A stretch of 64,000 nt of DNA, from positions 2,031-66,030 of the forward strand of contig JAJCZO010000416.1 in NCBI GenBank assembly GCA_029262355.1, given 5' to 3'. Positions 8,071 to 18,624 of this stretch are shown here, in pieces (the stretch's first letter is position 1; each line of letters opens with the position of its first letter). Position numbers and translations under genes: made by a program. Below the pieces are notes generated by a model. The model was not told where the DNA came from. It saw only the letters and a program-made list of their open reading frames with translations, and searched no databases. Source of the DNA: Deltaproteobacteria bacterium. Its GTDB lineage: Bacteria; Desulfobacterota; Binatia; UBA12015.

Positions 8071-9066
8071 CTACGGGAGCGGCGGAAGTCCTTCGCTGAC
8101 GTGTTCCCACGTGTCGTGCGTCACGAGGGGGCGGCCCGCGGGCTCCCCTTCGCAGTTCGACCCGACCGTGAGTTCGAGCATGTGGGTGACCCCCGGATCG
8201 CTGTGAAGCGGTCGACCCAGCTCGGGGATCGACTCCGTCGGCACGCCGGTGGGCACGGCCTCACCGGAGGGTTCCTGGATTTGGAGATTCCACGAGATCG
8301 GCGTGCCGGCCGGTGCCGGGTTCTTCGGATGCAGGCACAGGACGAGTGGCTCGTCGTCTGGGGTCCGGGGGCCGAAGAGCGTCGCGTCGCGCGGGATCTT
8401 CACTTCCTCCGAGTGAATCAGCTCGTCTCCGAGCAGTACGGTCAATGTGAGGGCGCCGCCCGCCGGTTGGAGGAGCTTCCAGTGCCAGACGCGAACGACG
8501 ATGTCCTCGCCCGCCTCGACGGGGGTCCGGATCGGCTGACTCATGCTGGCGTACGGACACACCGACGTGTCGACCTCCCAACTCGGCGCACCGAACTCGG
8601 TCGAGAACCCGAAGCGGATGGGATCGCAGTACGAGCCGGGCTTCTGAAGTGTCACGAATGGATCGCGCGCGGGAAGAAAGAAGAAGCCTCCGAGTCTCAC
8701 CAGGCCAAGGTCGATCCAGCCGCTCGCGTCACACGGTGACTGCGCGCATTCGCTGGCCCCTTCGCATCGCCAATCGATTTGGATGGCGGCGGGATCGCGC
8801 GAGCCGTCGTCACCCACGCGCTCGCACCAGATGTAGCTCGGGTCGCCGCCGCCGGGGTCGAATACGTTGCCGGTGATCGTGCCCTCGTTGGGGGTGTAAG
8901 AGATCGCCCACTGCAGGCCGCCCTCGGCGCGGTTCACCAGAATGTTCCGCCCGTCGGGCGTGGTCTGGCGACCCGACGGTTGGGCCCACGCGGGTGAGGC
9001 GAGTCCGAGGCCAAGACCAAGGAGGGGCAGGATCGTCGCGAGTCTAAGGCGTTTGCACTTTTTCAT
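8071..9066 (-). CDS. Secreted Cys-rich two-domain hypothetical protein
   Basis: Signal peptide MKKCKRLRLATILPLLGLGLGLASPAWA; N-domain TPDGRNILVN...QWAISY...TGNVF...GGDPSYIWC. Confidence 0.78.
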   Translation of the reverse strand: MKKCKRLRLATILPLLGLGLGLASPAWAQPSGRQTTPDGRNILVNRAEGGLQWAISYTPNEGTITGNVFDPGGGDPSYIWCERVGDDGSRDPAAIQIDWRCEGASECAQSPCDASGWIDLGLVRLGGFFFLPARDPFVTLQKPGSYCDPIRFGFSTEFGAPSWEVDTSVCPYASMSQPIRTPVEAGEDIVVRVWHWKLLQPAGGALTLTVLLGDELIHSEEVKIPRDATLFGPRTPDDEPLVLCLHPKNPAPAGTPISWNLQIQEPSGEAVPTGVPTESIPELGRPLHSDPGVTHMLELTVGSNCEGEPAGRPLVTHDTWEHVSEGLPPLP

Positions 9067-9224
9067 GGTCTTCTCGGGGATTTTATTGTCATCTTTGCGA
9101 ACCGAGCAACCCGTTTGGCGGATGCGGGCTTGAGTTCGGGCTGACCGGCTCTCTAGTGTCGCGGCCGGGGGCACGGTCAACGTACGCCGCGACGCCCCGT
9201 CCGTTTCAGTCCGAGCCCAAGCAA

Positions 9225-9563
9225 GTGCGCTCTCCGTTCGACGATCTACGGTTGAAGGCCGGCCGCGATGGCCTGCGCCTCCGTCTTCGCGTCTCCCCCG
9301 GAGCTCGCAAGGAGGCCGTTCTGGGCGTCTACGGTGATGCGCTGAAGGTCGCGGTCCGCGCGCCGCCGGAGAAGGGGTTGGCGAATAAAGCCGTGATCGA
9401 GCTGCTGGCGCGCCTGCTGGGGGTGACGCGGGCGGAGCTGGCGTTGGTCTCCGGGGCAGCCAGTCGCGACAAGACGTTGGTCGTTTCGGGTCTCGACGAC
9501 GCGACGATCCGCGCCCGGCTCGCGAGGGGGTTTCCCGCGGCGACCGGAGCGGCGAGCCGATGA
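9225..9563 (+). CDS. DUF167 (YggU/UPF0235) family protein
   Basis: LRVSPGARK...LKVAVRAPPEKGLANKAVIELLA...SGAASRDK; GTG start is approximate. Confidence 0.88.
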   Translation: MRSPFDDLRLKAGRDGLRLRLRVSPGARKEAVLGVYGDALKVAVRAPPEKGLANKAVIELLARLLGVTRAELALVSGAASRDKTLVVSGLDDATIRARLARGFPAATGAASR

Positions 9564-9830
9564 ACGAGACACGGCCCGTGTCGTGCCCCGGCTGTGAACG
9601 CGACGTGACGCTGGGGGACCGTCGGCCCCGTGAGGTGGACGTCCGCATCCTCTCGGCAACGAGTCGGGACCTGGCTGCCGCGGTTCACGGCGGCCAGTTT
9701 CGCGACGATCTGTATTTTCGGCCGATACCTGCTGTCGCGTGAGAACGACAACGCGTCCCGGACGGCCGGCGTGCTCGGGCTCTCGCGGGTCATGCTGCAC
9801 AAGAAGCTTCGCACCTACGGCATCCGCTGA
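9560..9830 (+). pseudogene. Remnant of a sigma-54-dependent (NtrC/Fis) activator
   Basis: AAA+ fragment LGDRRPREVDVRILSATSRDL...FRDDLYFR, then in another frame a Fis HTH (NASRTAGVLGLSRVMLHKKLRTYGI); most of the protein is missing. Confidence 0.75.
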
Positions 9831-9969
9831 GCCGAGACCTTCTTGAAATAGCGTGGGATCCCTGGCACCCCTCATGGATGGGGCGCTGCCGTACCGGACT
9901 CGATTCTCGCGGTCCACGGAGGTCGCGTTCCGAGGCGCAAGTCGGGCGACGCTCGACCCAGGAGGTGTG

Positions 9970-11112
9970 ATGAGCAATCCGCTGATCGAAGTTCAAAAGT
10001 ACGGGCAGAGCATCTGGTACGACAATATTCGACGCGGGATGATCACCTCGGGCGATCTCCAACGGATGATCGATGAGGACGGTCTTCTTGGGATCACCTC
10101 GAATCCGGCGATCTTCGAGAAGGCGATCGCGGAGAGCGGAGACTACGACCCGGCGATTCGGGCTCACGTGCTTCAGGGTGTCGATTCCGCAATGGACATC
10201 TACGAGCGGGTTGCGATCGAAGACATTCAGCTCGCGGCCGACGTGCTGCGGCCGGTGTACGAGAAGACGGGGCACCGCGACGGCTTCGTGAGTTTCGAAG
10301 TCTCACCCTACCTTGCTGACGACACGGAGAAGACGGTCGAGTACGCGCGGCGGGTGCACGCGTGGCTGGGGCGCGAGAACGTGCTCATCAAGGTGCCGGG
10401 CACCCCCGAGGGCATGCCGGCGATCGCCACGTTGGTCGGCGAAGGCATCAGCGTCAACGTGACCCTGCTGTTCTCAGTGGATGCGTACGAAGCCTGCGCC
10501 AACGCGTACATCGAAGGTCTCGAGACGTGGGCGGGGAAGGGGAACGACCCTTCGCAGGTGGCGAGCGTTGCGAGCTTCTTCATCAGCCGTATCGACAGCC
10601 TGGTGGACGAGAAGCTCGAGGAAGCGGCTGCGGCCAACCCCGCCAAGAAGGCCGACATCGAAGGACTGCTGGGCCAGATTGCCGTGGCGAACGGTCTGGT
10701 TGCCTACGATCGCTATCACCAGCTGATCGCGAGCGATCGCTGGCAGGCGCTGGCGGCCAAGGGCGCGCGGACGCAGCGGGTCTTGTGGGCCAGCACGAGC
10801 ACGAAGAACGAGGCCTACTCGAAGACGAAGTACGTCGACGAGTTGATCGGCGAAGACACCGTCAACACCATCCCCGGCGACACCTTCAACGAGTACCGCG
10901 CGAGCGGCAAGCCGACGCCAGCTCTCCAGCAGGGCTGGGACGCGAAGCTCGCGGAGGCTCGGGCCAAGATGGCAGGGCTCGCCGATGCCGGGGTCTCCAT
11001 GGAGGCCTGCACGGACCAGCTCCTCGAGGAGGGGGTAACGAAGTTCTCCGAAGCCTTCGATACACTCCTCAAGGCGATCGAGAAGAAGCGCAACGTTCTG
11101 AAGGCGGCGTGA
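9970..11112 (+). CDS. tal: Transaldolase
   Basis: GQSIWYDNI, GITSNPAIFEKAI, VLIKVPGT, VNVTLLFS, ASFFISRID and LWASTSTK motifs; GGAGG RBS. Confidence 0.95.
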   Translation: MSNPLIEVQKYGQSIWYDNIRRGMITSGDLQRMIDEDGLLGITSNPAIFEKAIAESGDYDPAIRAHVLQGVDSAMDIYERVAIEDIQLAADVLRPVYEKTGHRDGFVSFEVSPYLADDTEKTVEYARRVHAWLGRENVLIKVPGTPEGMPAIATLVGEGISVNVTLLFSVDAYEACANAYIEGLETWAGKGNDPSQVASVASFFISRIDSLVDEKLEEAAAANPAKKADIEGLLGQIAVANGLVAYDRYHQLIASDRWQALAAKGARTQRVLWASTSTKNEAYSKTKYVDELIGEDTVNTIPGDTFNEYRASGKPTPALQQGWDAKLAEARAKMAGLADAGVSMEACTDQLLEEGVTKFSEAFDTLLKAIEKKRNVLKAA

Positions 11113-11158
11113 ATCTGGCCCGGCAGGGGCCGGGCTAGCAGGTGGGAGAGGAGGGGCC

Positions 11159-13327
11159 ATGAGCGACAGGGAAGCCGCGATCGACCTGGAGTGCGTGAAC
11201 ACGATCCGCACTCTGTCGATGGATGCCGTGCAGGCGGCTGGCTCCGGCCACCCCGGCACTCCGATGGCGCTTGCGCCGGTCGCCTACTGCCTGTGGCAAC
11301 GCTTTCTGCGCTTTGATCCAGCCGACCCGATCTGGCCCAATCGCGACCGTTTCGTGCTGTCGAGCGGGCACGCGTCGATGTTGCTCTACTCGATGCTGCA
11401 CCTAACCGGCGTGAAGGCGGTGAACACGGCCTACGAGCGCGTCGGACGGGCAGCGGTGACGCTCGACGACATCAAGCATTTCCGCCAACTCGACAGCCGG
11501 TGCCCCGGACACCCGGAATACCGCTGGACGTCGGGCGTCGAAACGACCACCGGGCCGCTCGGGCAAGGGGTCGCGACGAGCGTGGGCATGGCGATGGCCT
11601 CGCGGTGGATGGGTTCGTACTTCAATCGGCCCGGCTTCGAGATGTTCGACTACGATGTGTACTCCGTCTGTGGCGACGGCTGCATGATGGAGGGGATCTC
11701 CAACGAGGCCGCCTCGCTGGCCGGTCATCTCCGCCTGTCGAACCTCTGCTGGATCTACGACAACAACCACATCACGATCGAGGGCAACACGGCGCTCGCC
11801 TTCAGCGACGACGTCGCGACGCGATTCATGGGCCTCGGGTGGAACGTGACACGGGTCGGCGACGCCAACGACCTCGACCATCTGACCAGAGCTCTGCAGA
11901 CCTTCCGCGACACGAGCGATCGACCGACTCTCATCATCGTCGACAGCCACATCGGGTACGGCGCTCCGAGCAAGCAGGACACCTCCGCCGCACACGGCGA
12001 GCCGCTCGGTGAGGAGGAGATTCGCGGGGCAAAGGCGCGGTACGGATGGCCGGTCGACGCGAAGTTCCGTGTTCCCGCCGGGGTGAAGAAGGCGTTCGCT
12101 GCAGGAGTCGGCCGTCGTGGGCATGCCCTGCGCACGGAGTGGATGAGCCGCTTCGACCGCTACCAGAAACGCTATCCGAAGCTGGCCGACCAGCTCTACC
12201 GAATGCAGCACCGGGAGCTTCCCGACGGTTGGGATCGAGCGATCCCGGTCTTCGAGCCGGACGACAAGGGCATGGCAACGCGCGCGTCTTCGGGCAAGGT
12301 CTTGAACGAGGTGGCAAAGAACCTCCCCTGGCTCGTGGGTGGCGCCGCCGACCTCGCGCCTTCGACGAAGACGCGGCTCGTTTTCGATGGGGCCGGCGAC
12401 TTCGAAGCGGATTGCGCCTCCGGTCGAAATCTTCACTTCGGCATCCGCGAGCACGCGATGGGTGCCGCGATGAACGGGATGGCGCTCTCGAAGGTCCGCC
12501 CCTTCGGGTCGGGATTCTTGATCTTTTCCGACTACGGCCGACCGGCCATCCGACTCGCAGCATTGATGGAGCTCCCGGTCGTTTACGTCTTCACGCACGA
12601 TTCAATCGGGCTTGGGGAGGATGGCCCCACACACCAGCCGATCGAGCAGATCGCGTCTCTTCGAGCGATCCCCGGTCTCGTGACGCTCCGCCCTGCGGAT
12701 GCCAACGAGGTGTCGGAAGCATGGCGCCTGGCTCTGTCGCTCGAGCGCACTCCGGTGGTTCTCGTCATGAGCCGCCAGAACGTTCCCACCCTGGATCGCT
12801 CGCGGGTGGGTGGCGCTTCGGGCGTTGCGCGGGGCGCGTACGTTCTGAAGGACTTTGGGGCGGAGCGCGCGGTTTTGTTGATCGGCACGGGCAGCGAGGT
12901 CTCTCTCTGCCTTCCGGCGGCCGCCGACCTGGAGAAGGAGGGCGTGGCGGCGCGGGTGGTGAGCATGCCGTCTTGGGAGCTCTTCGAGCGCCAAACGACG
13001 GCGTATCGCGACAGCGTGCTGCCTCCCGACGTCACCGCGCGGGTGTCGGTAGAGCAGGCCTCGACCTTTGGCTGGGAGCGATGGGTGGGCAGCGAGGGGG
13101 CGCGCATCGGGATGACGACCTTCGGCGCGTCCGCGCCGCTCAAGGACCTACTGCAGAAGTTCGGGTTTACCGTCGAGAACGTCGTCGCTGCCGCTCGCCA
13201 GCAAGTGGGGCGGGCGAGCGCAGCCCGGAGCACCTCGAAGAGCGCCGTGACGTCCACGGGATGCCCCGGGCGAAAGCAGGTGGCGAAGAAGTCGGCCCGC
13301 AAGAGGCCCCGAAAGGCGGTACGATGA
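11159..13327 (+). CDS. tkt: Transketolase
   Basis: SGHPGTPM, RDRFVLSSGHASMLLY, TTGPLGQG, GDGCMMEG and THDSIGLGEDGPTHQP motifs. Confidence 0.97.
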   Translation: MSDREAAIDLECVNTIRTLSMDAVQAAGSGHPGTPMALAPVAYCLWQRFLRFDPADPIWPNRDRFVLSSGHASMLLYSMLHLTGVKAVNTAYERVGRAAVTLDDIKHFRQLDSRCPGHPEYRWTSGVETTTGPLGQGVATSVGMAMASRWMGSYFNRPGFEMFDYDVYSVCGDGCMMEGISNEAASLAGHLRLSNLCWIYDNNHITIEGNTALAFSDDVATRFMGLGWNVTRVGDANDLDHLTRALQTFRDTSDRPTLIIVDSHIGYGAPSKQDTSAAHGEPLGEEEIRGAKARYGWPVDAKFRVPAGVKKAFAAGVGRRGHALRTEWMSRFDRYQKRYPKLADQLYRMQHRELPDGWDRAIPVFEPDDKGMATRASSGKVLNEVAKNLPWLVGGAADLAPSTKTRLVFDGAGDFEADCASGRNLHFGIREHAMGAAMNGMALSKVRPFGSGFLIFSDYGRPAIRLAALMELPVVYVFTHDSIGLGEDGPTHQPIEQIASLRAIPGLVTLRPADANEVSEAWRLALSLERTPVVLVMSRQNVPTLDRSRVGGASGVARGAYVLKDFGAERAVLLIGTGSEVSLCLPAAADLEKEGVAARVVSMPSWELFERQTTAYRDSVLPPDVTARVSVEQASTFGWERWVGSEGARIGMTTFGASAPLKDLLQKFGFTVENVVAAARQQVGRASAARSTSKSAVTSTGCPGRKQVAKKSARKRPRKAVR

Positions 13328-14007
13328 GCGGTGAAGCCGACGCACTCGAGGGAATCGCCGGGCGGGCCCTGGAGCTGGTGGGCGAAGATACCATCGTGGG
13401 CCTCGGTACTGGGCGCGCGGCGACGGCATTCGTCCGAGCGCTCGGCGCGGCCGTGGCAGCAGGCATGAGGGTTCGTGGTGTGCCGACCTCGGACACGACG
13501 GCGGCGCTCGCACGAGAGCTCGGCATCGAGCTACTGACGCTCGCGGAGGCTGGTCGTATCGATGCGACGTTCGACGGCGCCGATGAGGTTTCGCCGGCAC
13601 TCGACCTGATCAAGGGATATGGCGGCGCGCTGGTGCGTGAGAAGATCGTGGCGGCATCGTCCGAGCGTCTCGTCATCCTCGTCGGCGACGAGAAGATCGT
13701 GTCCAGTATCGGGCAGCGAGGAAAGCTCCCGGTGGAGGTCGTCCCGTTCGGGATGGCGCTCTGCGAGAGGGAGCTTGCCGCGCTCGGCTGCACGCCGACG
13801 CTGCGCGCGACCGACGGCGAGACGTACGTCACGGACAATCAGAATTTCATCCTCGACTGTGCAGTCGAGCCGATCGGCGATCCCGTCGGTCTGGAACGCA
13901 GGATTTTGGCCATCCCGGGAGTACTCGGGACGGGTCTCTTCGTCGGGATGGCCGACGTAGTGCTGGTCCAGGAGGGCGATCAGGTGCGCGCGATGGAGCG
14001 CGCCTGA
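13324..14007 (+). CDS. rpiA: Ribose-5-phosphate isomerase A
   Basis: [27 protein letters not shown] and LPVEVVPF motifs; ATGA overlap with the tkt stop. Confidence 0.95.
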   Translation: MSGEADALEGIAGRALELVGEDTIVGLGTGRAATAFVRALGAAVAAGMRVRGVPTSDTTAALARELGIELLTLAEAGRIDATFDGADEVSPALDLIKGYGGALVREKIVAASSERLVILVGDEKIVSSIGQRGKLPVEVVPFGMALCERELAALGCTPTLRATDGETYVTDNQNFILDCAVEPIGDPVGLERRILAIPGVLGTGLFVGMADVVLVQEGDQVRAMERA

Positions 14008-14041
14008 GGGTCGACCTCGCGGACGTGAAGGAGGGGCGGAC

Positions 14042-15058
14042 GTGCAACTCGGAATGATCGGTCTTGGACGGATGGGCTACAACATCGTGAAGCGCCTGAT
14101 GCGCGATGGACACACGTGCGTCGTGTACGACACGGACCCGGAGACGGTGAAGAAGCTCGCAGCGGAGGGCGCGATCGCGTCGACCTCGATGAAGGACTTC
14201 GCCGAGAAGCTCGAAGCGCCGCGAGCGGCATGGATGATGGTCCCCGCCGGAGTAACCGGCAAGGTCGTCGACGAAATCTCGCAGCACTTGGAGAAGGGAG
14301 ACATCCTCATCGATGGGGGAAACTCGTACTTCCGCGACGATCGCGCACGCTCTGCGGCCTTGGCCCCCCGGGGAATTCACTACCTCGATTGCGGCACCAG
14401 CGGTGGGGTGTGGGGTCTGGATCGGGGATACTGCTTGATGATCGGCGGTGACAAGGGCGCAGTTCAGCATCTCGACCCGATCTGGAAATCGATCGCGCCG
14501 GGCCGCGGCGACATCGAGGCAACGCCGGCGCGCGATGGGCTCAACAAAACCGCCGAGGAGGGATACCTTCATTGCGGGCCGTCGGGTGCGGGCCACTTCG
14601 TGAAGATGGTTCACAACGGCGTCGAATACGGTCTCATGGCGGCCTTCGCCGAAGGCTTCGACATTCTGGAGAACGCGAACATCGATACGAAGCAGCACAA
14701 GGTCGACGCCGAGACCGCGCCTCGGATGAACAAGGACCTCGACTACGACATCAACGTCGCAGATGTCGCCGAGGTGTGGCGGCGCGGGAGCGTGGTCGGC
14801 GCCTGGCTGCTCGATCTGGCTGCGGCTGCCTTGGCCAAGGACCCGCACCTCGAGGGATACACTGGAGTCGTTGCGGACTCCGGCGAAGGTCGGTGGACGA
14901 TCCAAGCTGCGATCGAAGAGGCGGTTCCGTGCGAGGTGCTCACCTCGGCGCTCTACGCCCGATTCCGCTCGCGGCGCGACCACACGTTTGCGGAGAAAGT
15001 GTGTTCGGCGATGCGCCAGCAGTTCGGCGGACACATCGAACGCGCCTCGGGCGATTGA
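14042..15058 (+). CDS. gnd: Decarboxylating 6-phosphogluconate dehydrogenase (short type)
   Basis: [39 protein letters not shown] and AMRQQFGGH motifs. Confidence 0.95.
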   Translation: MQLGMIGLGRMGYNIVKRLMRDGHTCVVYDTDPETVKKLAAEGAIASTSMKDFAEKLEAPRAAWMMVPAGVTGKVVDEISQHLEKGDILIDGGNSYFRDDRARSAALAPRGIHYLDCGTSGGVWGLDRGYCLMIGGDKGAVQHLDPIWKSIAPGRGDIEATPARDGLNKTAEEGYLHCGPSGAGHFVKMVHNGVEYGLMAAFAEGFDILENANIDTKQHKVDAETAPRMNKDLDYDINVADVAEVWRRGSVVGAWLLDLAAAALAKDPHLEGYTGVVADSGEGRWTIQAAIEEAVPCEVLTSALYARFRSRRDHTFAEKVCSAMRQQFGGHIERASGD

Positions 15059-15097
15059 GGTGCCGATGTCGCGACGTCTGTTTGGGGAGGCCGTAAC

Positions 15098-16609
<1,512 letters not shown>

Positions 16610-16628
16610 CCCGCCGAGGGTCCTCGAC

Positions 16629-17621
16629 ATGATTCTGGCAGGGGACATCGGGGGGACGAAGACGGTTCTTGCGCTCTTCGAACAGACCGACGACGGACTC
16701 GAGGTCGTGCGAGAAGAACGGGCCTCGAGCCAGGAGACGCCGGCCTTCGACGACTTCTTGGAGCCGTTTCTCGCCGATGCCGGCCGCCCCTCGTTGCGCG
16801 GGGCGTGCTTCGCAGTCGCGGGCCCCGTCGTCGACGGCGTGTGCGAGACCACGAACCTCCCGTGGCGCCTGGATGAGGGCGAACTGGCGAGCACGCTCCG
16901 AGCCCCGCGCGTCAAGCTGCTGAACGACCTCGAGGGTACGGCGTACGGCATGCTCCACCTGCCGAAGTCTGACTTGATCGAGCTCAATCAGGGCCATCGA
17001 CCGCGCCGCCGCGGCAACATTGCCGTCATCGCCGCCGGTACGGGCCTCGGTGAGGCCTACCTCTACTGGGATGGCGGGCGGCATCGGCCGATCGCGACCG
17101 AAGGGGGGCACTCTGATTTCGCGCCCCGGACCGACGAAGAGGTCGATCTTCTGTTTTACCTGCGCAGGAAGCTCGGTGGCCGTGTGAGCTGCGAGCGGGT
17201 TCTCTCTGGTCCCGGAGTCTACGAAATCTACGGATTCCTGCGGGACACCGGGCGCCACGAGGAGCCGGCATGGCTGCGGGAAAAGCTGGCCGAAGGTGAC
17301 CCGAGCGCGGTCGTGTCGCAGGAGGCCGCGGGCTCGGGTGAACCCATTTGCAGCGCTACGATGAACCTGTTTTCCGAGCTCTATGGTGCCGAGGCGGGCA
17401 ACATGGCGCTGCGGGCGCTCACGTACGGCGGGGTCTTCATCGGCGGCGGCATCGCTCCGAAGAACCTCGACGTGTTGCGCAACGGGAGCTTCTTGCGAGG
17501 CTTCTGCGACAAGGGGCGGTTCAGCGACATGATGCTGGGGATGGATGTCTGGATCGCAACGAATCCGCGCGCCGCGCTGCTCGGTGCGGCGTACTTCGCA
17601 GATGAGATCCTCGCTGGGTGA
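16629..17621 (+). CDS. glk: Glucokinase
   Basis: GDIGGTKT, LLNDLE, AGTGLGEA, EGGHSDF and GGVFIGGGIAPK motifs. Confidence 0.95.
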   Translation: MILAGDIGGTKTVLALFEQTDDGLEVVREERASSQETPAFDDFLEPFLADAGRPSLRGACFAVAGPVVDGVCETTNLPWRLDEGELASTLRAPRVKLLNDLEGTAYGMLHLPKSDLIELNQGHRPRRRGNIAVIAAGTGLGEAYLYWDGGRHRPIATEGGHSDFAPRTDEEVDLLFYLRRKLGGRVSCERVLSGPGVYEIYGFLRDTGRHEEPAWLREKLAEGDPSAVVSQEAAGSGEPICSATMNLFSELYGAEAGNMALRALTYGGVFIGGGIAPKNLDVLRNGSFLRGFCDKGRFSDMMLGMDVWIATNPRAALLGAAYFADEILAG

Positions 17622-17744
17622 TGCCCGTCACGAGCCGTGATACGGCGCGAGCGGGGCGGGGCTCGGTTGCTCCTCTGACGCTGGAGGTGCGCGAGGAGGC
17701 TTCGGGCTCCCGGTGGCGCGATGTTATACGCCCTCGGCACACCC

Positions 17745-18170
17745 ATGGCGCGCGCACACAAAGGCCCACCTCCATCGAGTGACCCGGAGCAGGGCATCTA
17801 CCAGGGCCGCTCGGTGGCAAAGCGGGTCGTGTCGAGCGATGGCTGGACCATCTTGGTCGGCCGGAGCGCCGTCGACAACGACGTACTGACCGTCCGACTC
17901 GCGTCGCCCAAGGACTTCTGGCTCCACGTCGCGTCGGAGTCGGGCTCCCACGTCGTGATTCGAAACCCCGCCGGCGAGCCGCGGCCGCCCCGGGACACCC
18001 TTCAACACGCTGCCGGCCTCGCGGCAGGTCACTCTCGGGCTCGGGCGGGGGGACGGGTGGCGGTGCACTTCGCCCAGAAGTCCGATGTCCGAAAGCCGCG
18101 CGGATTCGCCCCCGGCAAGGTCGAACTGGCCCGGTACAAGACCGTTCACGCGACGCCCCGCCGAGACTGA
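17745..18170 (+). CDS. Stand-alone NFACT RNA-binding domain protein (DUF814)
   Basis: ILVGRSAVDNDVLT...DFWLHV...GSHVVI...AAGLAAGHS...VRKPRG.APGKV. Confidence 0.85.
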   Translation: MARAHKGPPPSSDPEQGIYQGRSVAKRVVSSDGWTILVGRSAVDNDVLTVRLASPKDFWLHVASESGSHVVIRNPAGEPRPPRDTLQHAAGLAAGHSRARAGGRVAVHFAQKSDVRKPRGFAPGKVELARYKTVHATPRRD

Positions 18171-18430
18171 TCGGGCATCTCTCGATCGTCTCGCACCGCG
18201 GGACGATTCGCCGAACTTCGGCCTTGCGCCCCTCCATGCGGGTGAGGAACACTCGCACGGCGGGTCGTCGTGAGGCGTCGTCGCCTCGACGATCGGCAAT
18301 CTACCGACGCTGTCGCGGCGCGGGCCCGCGTGGACTCTCTAGGCAGCAGGAGAGCACAGAACCAAGACATTGACGGCGCATCGGGACCGAGTCCGAGGCG
18401 ATCGTCACATCAGCAAGGAAATATGCAAAG

Positions 18431-18529
18431 ATGAGCTTAGGCACACGAAGGAATCGGATTCGCCCGGGTGACATCGTCACATTCCTCGCAGTGGTTGGCA
18501 CGATCCTAGGAGGTCTGCTCACTCTCTAG
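18431..18529 (+). CDS. Putative 32-aa single-TM peptide (not in ORF track)
   Basis: Translates to MSLGTRRNRIRPGDIVTFLAVVGTILGGLLTL*: basic N-terminus, hydrophobic C-terminus; AAGGA upstream. Confidence 0.4.
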   Translation: MSLGTRRNRIRPGDIVTFLAVVGTILGGLLTL

Positions 18530-18624
18530 AGAGGGTGTGGGCCCGCGTGCTCGCTGGGCGAGTTCGACTGGCTCGAGCCGTGGGGGTGCCCGCGGAAGTC
18601 ACGGGAGGTGCCCGTGGGGAGGTC

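Noticed and set aside
12046-13323. Apparent 653-aa RpiA with a long N-terminal extension
   Set aside because: The extension is an alternative frame inside tkt. RpiA homology starts at ATG 13324, overlapping the tkt stop. The same applies to the over-long calls for fabG, lpxD, purN, mazG and 8071-9648.
18495-18512. Sigma-54 promoter-like TTGGCACGATCCTAGG
   Set aside because: The -24 element is good, but the -12 reads TAGG rather than TTGC, and it lies inside the candidate small ORF.
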